Part shown: positions 11,148-19,558 of the stretch, one piece after another | How positions within the stretch are numbered: position 1 is the first letter of the stretch | How the letters are laid out: each line of letters starts with the position of its first letter | Assembly: GCA_035649355.1 (NCBI GenBank) | Contig: DASRJS010000009.1 | Span: 4,906-68,905 of the forward strand | DNA length: 64,000 nucleotides | DNA from: Candidatus Polarisedimenticolia bacterium | GTDB taxonomy: Bacteria; Chloroflexota; Limnocylindria; Limnocylindrales; CSP1-4 | Reading direction: 5' to 3' | The notes under the pieces: model-generated | Told to the model about the DNA's origin: nothing | The model's database searches: none | The model's input: the letters and a program-made list of their open reading frames with translations, nothing else | Program-made: the position numbers and the translations under genes

Positions 11148-12165
11148 GCGGGTCCAACCCGGATCACCCATTTCGAAAGAGCTCACCGGCGCGATCCTGA
11201 CCCGCGACCTCGTGGTCGCGGGTCAGCGCTGGTCAAAGGGCCGAATCCTCCGCGCGGCAGACCTGGAGGCGCTCGAAGGCGAGTCCGGTCGACCGATCAC
11301 CGTCCTCATGCCTGACGCCGACGATGTCCACGAGGATGACGCGGGTCGGCGGCTGGCGGCTGCGGTCGCGGGCCCAAACCTGGCGGCGAGCGAACCCGCC
11401 CAGAGTCGAGTCGACCTGCGTTCGACGGTCGATGGCGTGCTCCACGTTCGAACGTCGGCCGTGGATCGCCTGAATCGGATCGATGCGATCGAAGTCTTCA
11501 CCGCTCTCGACGGGCGCGTCGTTTCGAAGGGCGACCTGGTAGCGAGCGTGAAGGTGGCGCCGCACCTCGTGCCGGAGGCCGTTATCGCGTCGGCGGAAGC
11601 GCTCGCCACGCAGCTCGGCCCGGTCGTTCGAATCGCCGGGTTTCGGCCGTCGCGCGTCGCTGTCGTCGTCAAGGAGACCGTCCGAGGCGTCGCGCGCGAA
11701 CGCTTCGAAGCGAGCGTCCGCTCTCGGGTCGAAGGCCTCGGTTCGACGCTCGTCGGCATCGACTACGTCGCGGACGACGAGACGGCAGTCGAGGCGGCGC
11801 TCGGGCGGAGGCGACGCGGTGCGGACGTGATCCTCACGGCGGGCTCCGCCAGCACCGATCCTGGCGACGCGTTCTTCGTCGCCATCGAACGCCTTGGCGG
11901 CCGGATGATCCGCCACGGTGTCCCGGCCCACCCCGGCTCGATGCTGTGGCTCGCGCGCGTCGGCCATGTGCCCGTTCTCGGATTGCCGTCGTGCGGCGCC
12001 TACTCGAAGGCGACTGCAGCGGACCTGCTCCTCCCGCGCCTTCTCAGCGGCGAACCAGCGTCAGCCCGGACGGTCGCGAAGCTCGGCCACGGCGGCCTCC
12101 TCACCCGCGACCAGCGCTTCCGCTTCCCGCCGTACGCCCGCGAGATGGACGCGCCCGATGGGTGA
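11137..12165 (+). CDS. molybdopterin-binding (MoCF_biosynth/MoeA-like) domain protein
   Basis: VILTAGSASTDPGD...GVPAHPGSMLWLARVGHVPVLGLPSCG resembles the MoeA/CinA MoCF-binding domain. The start is uncertain. I chose the in-frame GTG at 11137 near the coxM stop. Confidence 0.6.
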   Translation: MRAERVQPGSPISKELTGAILTRDLVVAGQRWSKGRILRAADLEALEGESGRPITVLMPDADDVHEDDAGRRLAAAVAGPNLAASEPAQSRVDLRSTVDGVLHVRTSAVDRLNRIDAIEVFTALDGRVVSKGDLVASVKVAPHLVPEAVIASAEALATQLGPVVRIAGFRPSRVAVVVKETVRGVARERFEASVRSRVEGLGSTLVGIDYVADDETAVEAALGRRRRGADVILTAGSASTDPGDAFFVAIERLGGRMIRHGVPAHPGSMLWLARVGHVPVLGLPSCGAYSKATAADLLLPRLLSGEPASARTVAKLGHGGLLTRDQRFRFPPYAREMDAPDG

Positions 12166-12493
12166 GCGACCGGACGCGTCGAAGCGACTCGCACGCCTCG
12201 TTGAAGCATTCGGCGTCCTGTGGATCGTCCTCGTCGTCCTTGACATCGCTTCAATCGTTGTTAGCTCACGCATCCAGCCGGCACTCGCCATCGCAACGGT
12301 GATGTCAGGAGGGCTGTATCTCCTCGGCGGGATCCGTCTGTGGGCGACTTCACACCGTGGAGATCGACCGGTCACCCCAACCGACGGAGTTGCCGCCCGA
12401 ATAGCGCGTAGCTCCAAGCGGGTGTATCTCCTGGGCCTGGGGCTATTCGTCCTACTCGTGGCCGCCGTGGCATATGGCGCGAGCGGTCCCTGA
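12158..12493 (+). CDS. hypothetical membrane protein (atypical codon usage)
   Basis: MGERPDASKRLARLVEAFGVLWIVLVVLDIASIVV... has three hydrophobic segments. Its ATG overlaps the upstream gene end. It has noticeably more A/T-ending codons than its neighbours. Confidence 0.45.
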   Translation: MGERPDASKRLARLVEAFGVLWIVLVVLDIASIVVSSRIQPALAIATVMSGGLYLLGGIRLWATSHRGDRPVTPTDGVAARIARSSKRVYLLGLGLFVLLVAAVAYGASGP

Positions 12494-12545
12494 CCACCGT
12501 GTTGCTGTCAACGGCTCTAACCATGGCGTCGTGTAGAGTCGCCTC

Positions 12546-13466
12546 GTGAACGACGAGGCAAAGGGCGCGAACCTGCTGGGCTCCACAGAGGCCATCCAGG
12601 CTGCGTTTCGCGAGCGTGGGTACATCACGGATCGCAGCATCGCGACGGCGGTCTTCCTCGCGCTGCAGCTCGAGCGGCCGCTCCTCCTAGAGGGCGAGGC
12701 CGGCGTCGGCAAGACCGAGCTCGCGAAGGTCCTCGCGGCCAGCCTCGGCACGAAGCTCATCCGGCTCCAGTGCTACGAGGGCCTCGACGTCAACACGGCG
12801 GTCTACGAGTGGAACTACCCGCGCCAGATGCTCGAGATCCGGCTGCTCGAAGCGAAGGGCCAGGCCGAGCACGCGAGCGCGCACGACATCTTCGGACCGG
12901 CCTTCCTCATCCGACGGCCGCTCCTGCAGGCGCTCGAGGCGAGCGCCGACGGCGAGCCGCCCGTCCTGCTCATCGACGAGATCGACCGCGCGGACGAGGA
13001 GTTCGAGGCGTACCTCCTCGAGATCCTGTCCGACTTCCAGGTCACCGTCCCCGAGATCGGCACGATCACGGCCGAACGCCCGCCGCGCGTCATCCTGACC
13101 TCGAACCGGACGCGCGAGGTCCACGACGCCCTCAAACGCCGCTGCCTCTACCACTGGATCGACTACCCGACGGCCGAGAAGGAATACGAGATCGTCCTCG
13201 CCCGCGTGCCAGGGACGCCATCGAAGCTCGCGCACGCGGTCGTCGGCTTCATCCACCGCCTGCGTGGCGCAGACCTGACGAAGGTGCCGGGGATCGCCGA
13301 GACGCTCGACTGGGCGGCCGCGCTCCTCGCGCTCGGCGCGAACGACCTCAACGCCGCGGTCGTCGACGAGACGCTCGGCGTGGTCCTCAAGTACGAGGAG
13401 GACATCCGCCTCGTCCGGGGCGACGCGACGAAGCGCTACCTGGCCGAGGTGGCGGCCGGGTCCTGA
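12546..13466 (+). CDS. coxD: MoxR-type AAA+ ATPase (CoxD-like maturation factor)
   Basis: Walker A is LLLEGEAGVGKTELAK and Walker B is VLLIDEIDRADEE. The gene sits in the cox cluster. Confidence 0.85.
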   Translation: MNDEAKGANLLGSTEAIQAAFRERGYITDRSIATAVFLALQLERPLLLEGEAGVGKTELAKVLAASLGTKLIRLQCYEGLDVNTAVYEWNYPRQMLEIRLLEAKGQAEHASAHDIFGPAFLIRRPLLQALEASADGEPPVLLIDEIDRADEEFEAYLLEILSDFQVTVPEIGTITAERPPRVILTSNRTREVHDALKRRCLYHWIDYPTAEKEYEIVLARVPGTPSKLAHAVVGFIHRLRGADLTKVPGIAETLDWAAALLALGANDLNAAVVDETLGVVLKYEEDIRLVRGDATKRYLAEVAAGS

Positions 13467-13468
13467 CG

Positions 13469-14872
13469 ATGCGCGACCCGGCGATCGCGGCAACGCCGCG
13501 CGGCGAGGAGATCAACGGCCGGCGACTGCTCGGCGAGGCGGTCCTGTTCGGGCGGGAGCTTCGAAACGCTGGCCTGGCGGTCGACCTGGGCGCGGCCGTG
13601 GACTTCGGACGGGCCCTGGCGATCGTCGATGTGGGCGAGCGCGAGCAGGTTCGAGCCGCCGGTGAGGCCGTCTTCACGCGCCGGCGCGACGACATCGACG
13701 TCTACAACGCGGTCTTCGATCGGTTCTGGCGGGCGCGCCGTGGCGGTTGGGTCGACGAGCGGATCACCGCCGAGAAGCGCGATGAGACGGCCGCTCCGGA
13801 CGACACGCCGGGTGAGGCTGAGCCGACGCCGGGCGACGAGCGGCTCACCGCCGACCAGGATCGCTCGGGGATCCCGATCCCGTCCGAGGGCGAGGACGAT
13901 GCCGGGCCTGAGGACACGCCGGACGCGCTGACGATCTCGCCGGACGCGTATTCGAAGTTCGAGACGCTGCGCCATCGCGACTTCGACCGGATGACGCCGG
14001 CCGAGCTGCGGGACGCCGAGCGGCTCGTGGACCTGCTCGAGCCGCGGCTGGAGCGGCGGCGAACGCGCCGCTACGAGCTTCATGCGCATGGCCGCCGGCT
14101 GGCGCCGAGGGCGATGTTCCGGCGAAACCTCGGCTACGGCGGAAACCTGCTGGAGTGGGTCTGGCGGCGCCAGATCAAGCGGCCGCGGCCGCTCGTCGTC
14201 CTGTGCGATATCTCGGGCTCGATGGAGCGCCATTCGCGGCTGCTGCTGCGGTTCATCCAGGCCCTCTCGGCCGCATCGACGGTGCGGACGGAGTCGTTCG
14301 TGTTCGGGACGCGGCTGACGCGCGTCACACGACTGCTTCGGGACAAGGATCGCGACCGCGCGCTGCTGAAGATCTCGGACGCCGTCACAGACTGGGCCGG
14401 CGGAACGCGGATTGGCGAGAGCTTCCGCGACTTCAACCTGCGCTGGGCCCGACGGACGCTGCGCTCGAGCGGCGTCGTGATCGTCGTTTCGGACGGTTGG
14501 GACCGCGGCGATCCTCGGCTCGTCGCCGTTGAAACCGCGCGGTTGCGGCGGAACTGCCACCGGCTCGTCTGGCTGAATCCCCTGGCGGGAACCCCTGGCT
14601 ACCAGCCGCTGGCAGCAGGGATGAAGGCGGCGTTCCCGTTCGTCGATGACTTCCTGCCGGCCGGGACCGTGGCATCCCTCGAGCGTCTGGGCGAGATCCT
14701 TGCCGGCGTTCGAACGGAGGACACGCGGCGGGGGAGCGAGGCCGCGGCTCACGTCCGAGGACTCAACGGCGATGCGGACGATGCCGCCCCGCCGGCCGAC
14801 TGGCCCCCGAAGGCCGCCCGAGTCCCGAACCCGGACCCGACGATGGCCCAGCCGCTGGAGCCTCGGAAGTGA
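13469..14872 (+). CDS. coxE: VWA domain-containing CoxE-like protein
   Basis: The MIDAS motif LVVLCDISGSMERHS is present, with the C-terminus VWLNPLAG. It follows the MoxR ATPase. The ATG is at 13469, inside the 12770..14872 track ORF. Confidence 0.85.
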   Translation: MRDPAIAATPRGEEINGRRLLGEAVLFGRELRNAGLAVDLGAAVDFGRALAIVDVGEREQVRAAGEAVFTRRRDDIDVYNAVFDRFWRARRGGWVDERITAEKRDETAAPDDTPGEAEPTPGDERLTADQDRSGIPIPSEGEDDAGPEDTPDALTISPDAYSKFETLRHRDFDRMTPAELRDAERLVDLLEPRLERRRTRRYELHAHGRRLAPRAMFRRNLGYGGNLLEWVWRRQIKRPRPLVVLCDISGSMERHSRLLLRFIQALSAASTVRTESFVFGTRLTRVTRLLRDKDRDRALLKISDAVTDWAGGTRIGESFRDFNLRWARRTLRSSGVVIVVSDGWDRGDPRLVAVETARLRRNCHRLVWLNPLAGTPGYQPLAAGMKAAFPFVDDFLPAGTVASLERLGEILAGVRTEDTRRGSEAAAHVRGLNGDADDAAPPADWPPKAARVPNPDPTMAQPLEPRK

Positions 14873-15984
14873 AAGACCTCCTGCCAATCCTCGACGCCTG
14901 GACGGCTGACGGCGTCGCGGCGGGCCGGGCGGTCGTGATCCGGACGTTCGGGTCGGCGCCGCGTTCGACCGGTGCCGTTCTGCTGGTCTCGGCCGATGGG
15001 CGGCTGGCTGGTTCCGTCTCCGGTGGCTGCGTCGAGGGCGCCGCTGCGACCGAGATCGAGCAAGCTCGCGAGACTGGTCACGCGCGCGTGATCCGCTATG
15101 GCATCAGCGATGAAGAGGCCTGGGACGTCGGGCTCGCGTGTGGCGGCACGATCGACGTGCTCGTCCAGCCAGTCGTCCCGGCTGCGGTGACGGAGGCAGC
15201 CCGAGACGCGCTCGGGGTGACGGCCCGCGGCGCAGCGGTGATCACGCCACTCCCCGCGGACGCCCCGCCGCCCGAGTTCGGGGAGCACCGGCCGGGTACG
15301 GGTGCGCCGCCGGAGGACCCGTTGCTGATCGACGACGAGGGCCGCGTCTCGGGCGTGGCGCCGGACGCCGCGACCCTCGAAGCCCTGCGCGAAGCGGCGC
15401 GAGACGTCCTGCTGCGCGACCGTTCGAAGACCGTCGAAGCCGGCGGCCGGCAGTGGTTCGTCGAGGGCTTCCCGGTTCGGCCGCGTCTCGTCGTGATCGG
15501 CGCCGTCGAGGTCGGGCGGCACCTCGTGCGGTACGCCCATGAGCTCGGCTACGAGACGGTCGTCGTCGACGGTCGCCCGGCGTTTGCGACGTCAGAGCGC
15601 TTCCCGGACGTCGATCGGCTCGTCGTCGGCTGGCCCGACGAGGTCGCCGACGACATCGCCCTCGGACCGAATGACGCGGTCGCGATCCTGACCCACGACC
15701 CGAAGTTCGACGAGCCGGCGATCCGCGAGTCACTTGCTCGTGGCTGCCGCTACGTCGGCGCCGTGGGTTCGCGCAAGACGCAGGCGGATCGACGCACTCG
15801 GCTGCTCGAGGCCGGCGTTCCGCCCGATGATCTGGCGCGCCTGCGCGGCCCGATCGGTCTCGACCTCGGCGGCAAGGAGCCCGCCGAGACGGCGCTCGCG
15901 ATCATGGCCGAAGTCGTCGCGACGCGGTTCGGCGGCAGCGGTGCCCCGATGAGGGAGAGGCAGCTCGCGGCGACCGCCGGCTGA
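14869..15984 (+). CDS. coxF: XdhC/CoxF-family molybdenum cofactor insertion/sulfuration accessory protein
   Basis: The XdhC_CoxI N-domain is RAVVIRTFGSAPRSTGAVLLVSADGRLAGSVSGGCVEG. The C-terminal Rossmann part is RLVVIGAVEVG...ILTHDPKFDEPA. The start forms a GTGA overlap. Confidence 0.85.
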   Translation: MKDLLPILDAWTADGVAAGRAVVIRTFGSAPRSTGAVLLVSADGRLAGSVSGGCVEGAAATEIEQARETGHARVIRYGISDEEAWDVGLACGGTIDVLVQPVVPAAVTEAARDALGVTARGAAVITPLPADAPPPEFGEHRPGTGAPPEDPLLIDDEGRVSGVAPDAATLEALREAARDVLLRDRSKTVEAGGRQWFVEGFPVRPRLVVIGAVEVGRHLVRYAHELGYETVVVDGRPAFATSERFPDVDRLVVGWPDEVADDIALGPNDAVAILTHDPKFDEPAIRESLARGCRYVGAVGSRKTQADRRTRLLEAGVPPDDLARLRGPIGLDLGGKEPAETALAIMAEVVATRFGGSGAPMRERQLAATAG

Positions 15985-16015
15985 CGCTTGCCCGCCTAGC
16001 CCCCATGATGGTCGC

Positions 16016-17452
16016 GTGACAACGACCTCCACGACGCCCCGCCCGGGCTCCCATCAGTCGAGAGCCGCCGCGGTCATCCTCGCAGCGGGCTCCGGCAAGC
16101 GGTTCGGCGGCGGCAAGCTCCTCGCCCGAATCGACGGAGCGCCGATCCTCGCGCACGTCGTCGCGGCGGCACGTGGAGCCGGCCTCGGGCCGCTGATCGC
16201 CGTCGTTGGCTCAGACCTCGCCGACAGCTGGGCCGCGTTCGGCCTCGAACCCGACGAGATCGTCGTGAACGGTGAGCCGGGTCGCGGGCAGGCGAGCTCG
16301 CTGCAGCTCGGGCTTGCCGCCGCCGCCGCCGCGGATCCGCCGGTCGACGCCGCCGTCATCCTCCTCGGCGACCAGCCGCTGGTTCGCCCCGAGACGATCC
16401 GAACGCTCGTGGCCCGGCTCGGCTCGTCCACGCGACGGATCGTCATGCCGTCATACGCCCGCGGCGGCGGTTCGAACCCGGTCGTGCTTCGCCGTTCGGC
16501 CTTCGACATCGCCGGGCAGACCTCGGGTGATCGAGGTCTCGGGCGGATCCTGGATGCCAACGCGGGCCTCGCTGAGCGAGTGATGATCCCGGGGACGAGC
16601 CCGGACGTCGATACCGCCGACGACCTCGCGCGTGTGGCCGAGCAGGCCTGGGCCGACCGCGTCCGGCGCAACCGCGAGCAGGTCGAACGCCTGCGCGAGG
16701 CACCGGATGGCAAGGACTTCTACGCGTCGGTCAGCTCGATCTTCCGCGACGACCCGGACCGGACCGGCGACCCTGTGCTCGATGCCCTGCGACGCCATGC
16801 CCAACCCGGCGACATCTGGCTCGACATCGGTGCTGGCGCGGGCCGATACGCACTGCCGCTGGCGCGAACCGTCAGCGAGGTTGTCGCGCTCGATCCGTCC
16901 GCGTCGATGCTCGATGTGCTCCGCGAATCGATGGACGAGCACGCGATCCAGAACGTCCGGGTCATCGAAGGGCGCTGGCCGGCCGATCCGGAGGCCGCCG
17001 GAGGCGCCGATGTCGCGCTCATCGCCCACGTCGGCTATGACGTCGAGGGGATCGGGCCGTTCATCGACGCGATGGAGCGGGCCGCCCGGCGGGAATGCGT
17101 CGCGGTCCTCATGGAGCGCAGCCCGGCGACCCAGGCGGCGCCATTCTGGCCGCCGGTTCATGGCGAGGAGCGGGTCCAGCTGCCGGCGCTGCCGGCGTTC
17201 GTCGACCTGCTGATCGCTCGGGGTCGCAAGCCGAGCGTCGAGATGGTCGAGAGCACGCGGCGCCGATGGTCCAGCCGGGACGAGCTCGAGCGCTTTGTCC
17301 GCCGCCAGACGTGGACCCAGCCAGGATCGGCAAAGGACGCCGTGATGCTCGACCGCCTCGGGGCCTGGACGACGACGTTCGATGACGGTTCGATCGAGCT
17401 CTCGCTCGGTGAGCCGCTGACCGTCGGGATCGCTTCCTGGTCGCCGCGCTAG
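16016..17452 (+). CDS. fusion protein: MobA/MocA-like molybdenum cofactor nucleotidyltransferase + class I SAM-dependent methyltransferase
   Basis: The N-terminus AAVILAAGSGKRFGGGKLLARIDGAPIL...ILLGDQPLV is the MobA-like NTP-transferase signature. The C-terminus WLDIGAGAGRYALPLARTVSEVVALDPSASML is SAM-binding motif I. Confidence 0.75.
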   Translation: MTTTSTTPRPGSHQSRAAAVILAAGSGKRFGGGKLLARIDGAPILAHVVAAARGAGLGPLIAVVGSDLADSWAAFGLEPDEIVVNGEPGRGQASSLQLGLAAAAAADPPVDAAVILLGDQPLVRPETIRTLVARLGSSTRRIVMPSYARGGGSNPVVLRRSAFDIAGQTSGDRGLGRILDANAGLAERVMIPGTSPDVDTADDLARVAEQAWADRVRRNREQVERLREAPDGKDFYASVSSIFRDDPDRTGDPVLDALRRHAQPGDIWLDIGAGAGRYALPLARTVSEVVALDPSASMLDVLRESMDEHAIQNVRVIEGRWPADPEAAGGADVALIAHVGYDVEGIGPFIDAMERAARRECVAVLMERSPATQAAPFWPPVHGEERVQLPALPAFVDLLIARGRKPSVEMVESTRRRWSSRDELERFVRRQTWTQPGSAKDAVMLDRLGAWTTTFDDGSIELSLGEPLTVGIASWSPR

Positions 17453-17461
17453 GCTAGGGTC

Positions 17462-17911
17462 GTGGAGTTCTCGGGCGCCGTCGACATCCCCGCGTCCCGG
17501 GAGAAGGTCTTTGCCTGGGTCACCGACCCGAACAAGGTCAGCCAGTGCGGGCCGGGGGTCGAGTCGGTCGAGGTCGTCGATCCGACCCACTTCAAGGCAT
17601 CCGCCAAGGTCGGCGTCGGGTTCATCAGTGCCCGCTTCACGGTTGACCTGGTGATCGAGGAGGCCGTCGCCCCGGATCACGCCGTCATCCGGGCCCACGG
17701 CCAGGCGCCGGGCAGCGCGGTCGACGCGGTCGGGCGGATGAACCTCGTGGACGGCCCCGAAGCGGGAACGACGACGATGCTCTGGGCGGCCGAGGTTCAC
17801 ATCGCCGGCACGCTCGCTAGCGTCGGCTCGCGGCTCATCGAGGGGACGGCGAACAAGATGATCGGCCAGACCTTCGACTGCATGCGGACGAAGATCGCGG
17901 CCGAGGTCTGA
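17462..17911 (+). CDS. coxG: CoxG-like SRPBCC family protein
   Basis: MEFSGAVDIPASREKVFAWVTDPNKVSQCGPGVESVEVVD...KVGVGFISARF matches the CoxG/SRPBCC pattern. It is the last gene of the cox cluster. Confidence 0.85.
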   Translation: MEFSGAVDIPASREKVFAWVTDPNKVSQCGPGVESVEVVDPTHFKASAKVGVGFISARFTVDLVIEEAVAPDHAVIRAHGQAPGSAVDAVGRMNLVDGPEAGTTTMLWAAEVHIAGTLASVGSRLIEGTANKMIGQTFDCMRTKIAAEV

Positions 17912-17960
17912 CCTGGAGCGGATCAGCCGCGTCGTCGGGCCGATCGCGACGAACGTCCAC

Positions 17961-18551
17961 GTGCTTGCTGACGAGCGCTCGAAGGAAGCCATCGCGATCG
18001 ACACCGCGATCCCGTCACTGGCGTGGATCAGCGAGGAGCTCGAGGCGCGCGGCTGGACGCTGAAGCTCATCGTGTCGACCCACGGCCATTGGGACCATAT
18101 CGGCGACAACGCGGCGGTCGCGAAGCAGACCGGTGCGCAGATCGCGGTCCACGCTCTCGATGCTCATCGCCTGACGAACCCCCAGCCGATCTGGGCGCCG
18201 TTCGAGATCCCGCCGTCCGTCCCGGCGGTCGAGCTGGCCGAAGGCGGAGATATCCGCTTCGGGTCGATCCGGCTCACCGTCCTTCACACGCCCGGCCACA
18301 CCGAGGGCTCGGTCTGCCTGTACTCAGCCGATGACGGCCAGCTGTTCAGCGGCGACACGCTGTTCGCCGCTGGCTGGGGCCGCACTGACCTCGCCGGCGG
18401 CTCCGACGAGCAGATGGTCGAGTCGCTGACTCGCCTCGCATCGTTCGACGATGCGACGACCGTCCTGCCCGGCCACGGCCGCGAGACGACAATCGGCCGG
18501 GAGCGTGCCTGGCTCGAGCTCGTCGCGCGCCAGCGACGCCTGCTCGCCTAG
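17961..18551 (+). CDS. MBL-fold metallo-hydrolase (glyoxalase II-like)
   Basis: STHGHWDHIGDN and HTPGHTEGSV motifs are present. Coordinates use the first canonical start, GTG 17961. The conserved N-terminal strand (VGPIATNVHVLAD) is encoded upstream from about 17913. Confidence 0.85.
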   Translation: MLADERSKEAIAIDTAIPSLAWISEELEARGWTLKLIVSTHGHWDHIGDNAAVAKQTGAQIAVHALDAHRLTNPQPIWAPFEIPPSVPAVELAEGGDIRFGSIRLTVLHTPGHTEGSVCLYSADDGQLFSGDTLFAAGWGRTDLAGGSDEQMVESLTRLASFDDATTVLPGHGRETTIGRERAWLELVARQRRLLA

Positions 18552-19558
18552 GTTCGGCGAGGCTGTCCGTCGGCGAGGTCCTTCCGCCAGAGGACCCAGC
18601 GCTTGTGGATCGCGAACCCGGCGCGCTCGTAGACGCCGACCGCGCCGGTCGGATTCTCGCCGTGGACGCCGAGGACGGCGTCTTCCATGCCCATCGCCTG
18701 GAGCATCCGGAGCGTATCGGCGATCAGCGCGCTCGCAAGGCCAATCCGCCGCCACGGCCGGCGAACCGAGACATGCTCCAGCCACGCACGCCTGATGCCC
18801 ATGGCCTCGTTCTCCTCGGGCCAGATGAACGTCATGACGCTGCCCGCGACCTCGTCGCCGGCCCAGGCGACCCGCCACAGCGACGTGTCGAGGTGGGTCA
18901 TTCCGAACCACTTCTGGTAGTCCGATTCGAGCCGCTCGGCCGGTTCGTCATGATCCAGGAAGGCCTCCGTGTCGGCGTCCCAGATCACGCGGTGCTGATC
19001 CGGCGTGACCGCTCGGACCTCGAGGCCGGCGGGCAGCGGAGCGTCGGCGACCGGCGCGTCGAGCTGCCGGCGCATGAGGAAGCCGTAGGTGTGCGGCCGA
19101 TAGCCCGCCATTGTGGCAAACGCCTCTGCGCCTGGCACCGCAGGCTCGAAGAACGTCGTCAGCCGGTGCTCGAGGCCGTCCGTTCGAGCGAGCGTGCGAG
19201 CCACGCGGCCCGCGTGCGACTCGATCTCGCCGAGCAGGCGGCGCCCGATGCCACGGCGACGCCAGGTCGGATGGACGACAACGTGGACTTCGTGCGTCAC
19301 CGCCTCGCCGCGCTTCCGCCAGTCGGCTTCGGCCAGGCCAACGAGCGTGTCGCCCGACCAGGCCAGGATGACGTCGACCGCCGGGTCGAACCGCGGCGAC
19401 GGCTGCCATTCATCGGCGAGCGTCGCTTCGGTCGGTCGCCAGTCCACCTCGTCGTGCTCGTTGACAGTGAAGAGGAGCCCCGCGGCCGCGGCCATGTCCA
19501 CGGCCGGGTCGAACGGCCGGAGCGTGATGTCGGTCATCGTTGAGCCGGATGTTGACAT
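18548..19558 (-). CDS. two-domain GNAT N-acetyltransferase (MshD/Eis-like architecture)
   Basis: The start is MSTSGSTMTDITLRPF. GNAT cores are HPTWRRRGIGRRLL and VRRPWRRIGLASAL. Its ATG overlaps the rsgA stop (TGATG). The 689-aa track ORF is an artefactual extension. Confidence 0.8.
   Translation of the reverse strand: MSTSGSTMTDITLRPFDPAVDMAAAAGLLFTVNEHDEVDWRPTEATLADEWQPSPRFDPAVDVILAWSGDTLVGLAEADWRKRGEAVTHEVHVVVHPTWRRRGIGRRLLGEIESHAGRVARTLARTDGLEHRLTTFFEPAVPGAEAFATMAGYRPHTYGFLMRRQLDAPVADAPLPAGLEVRAVTPDQHRVIWDADTEAFLDHDEPAERLESDYQKWFGMTHLDTSLWRVAWAGDEVAGSVMTFIWPEENEAMGIRRAWLEHVSVRRPWRRIGLASALIADTLRMLQAMGMEDAVLGVHGENPTGAVGVYERAGFAIHKRWVLWRKDLADGQPRRT

Noticed and set aside
13436-14887. 483-aa minus-strand ORF antisense to coxE. 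The same applies to 16451..18109 (552 aa) and 12687..13493.
   Set aside because: These are antisense to well-supported cox accessory genes and have low-complexity composition.
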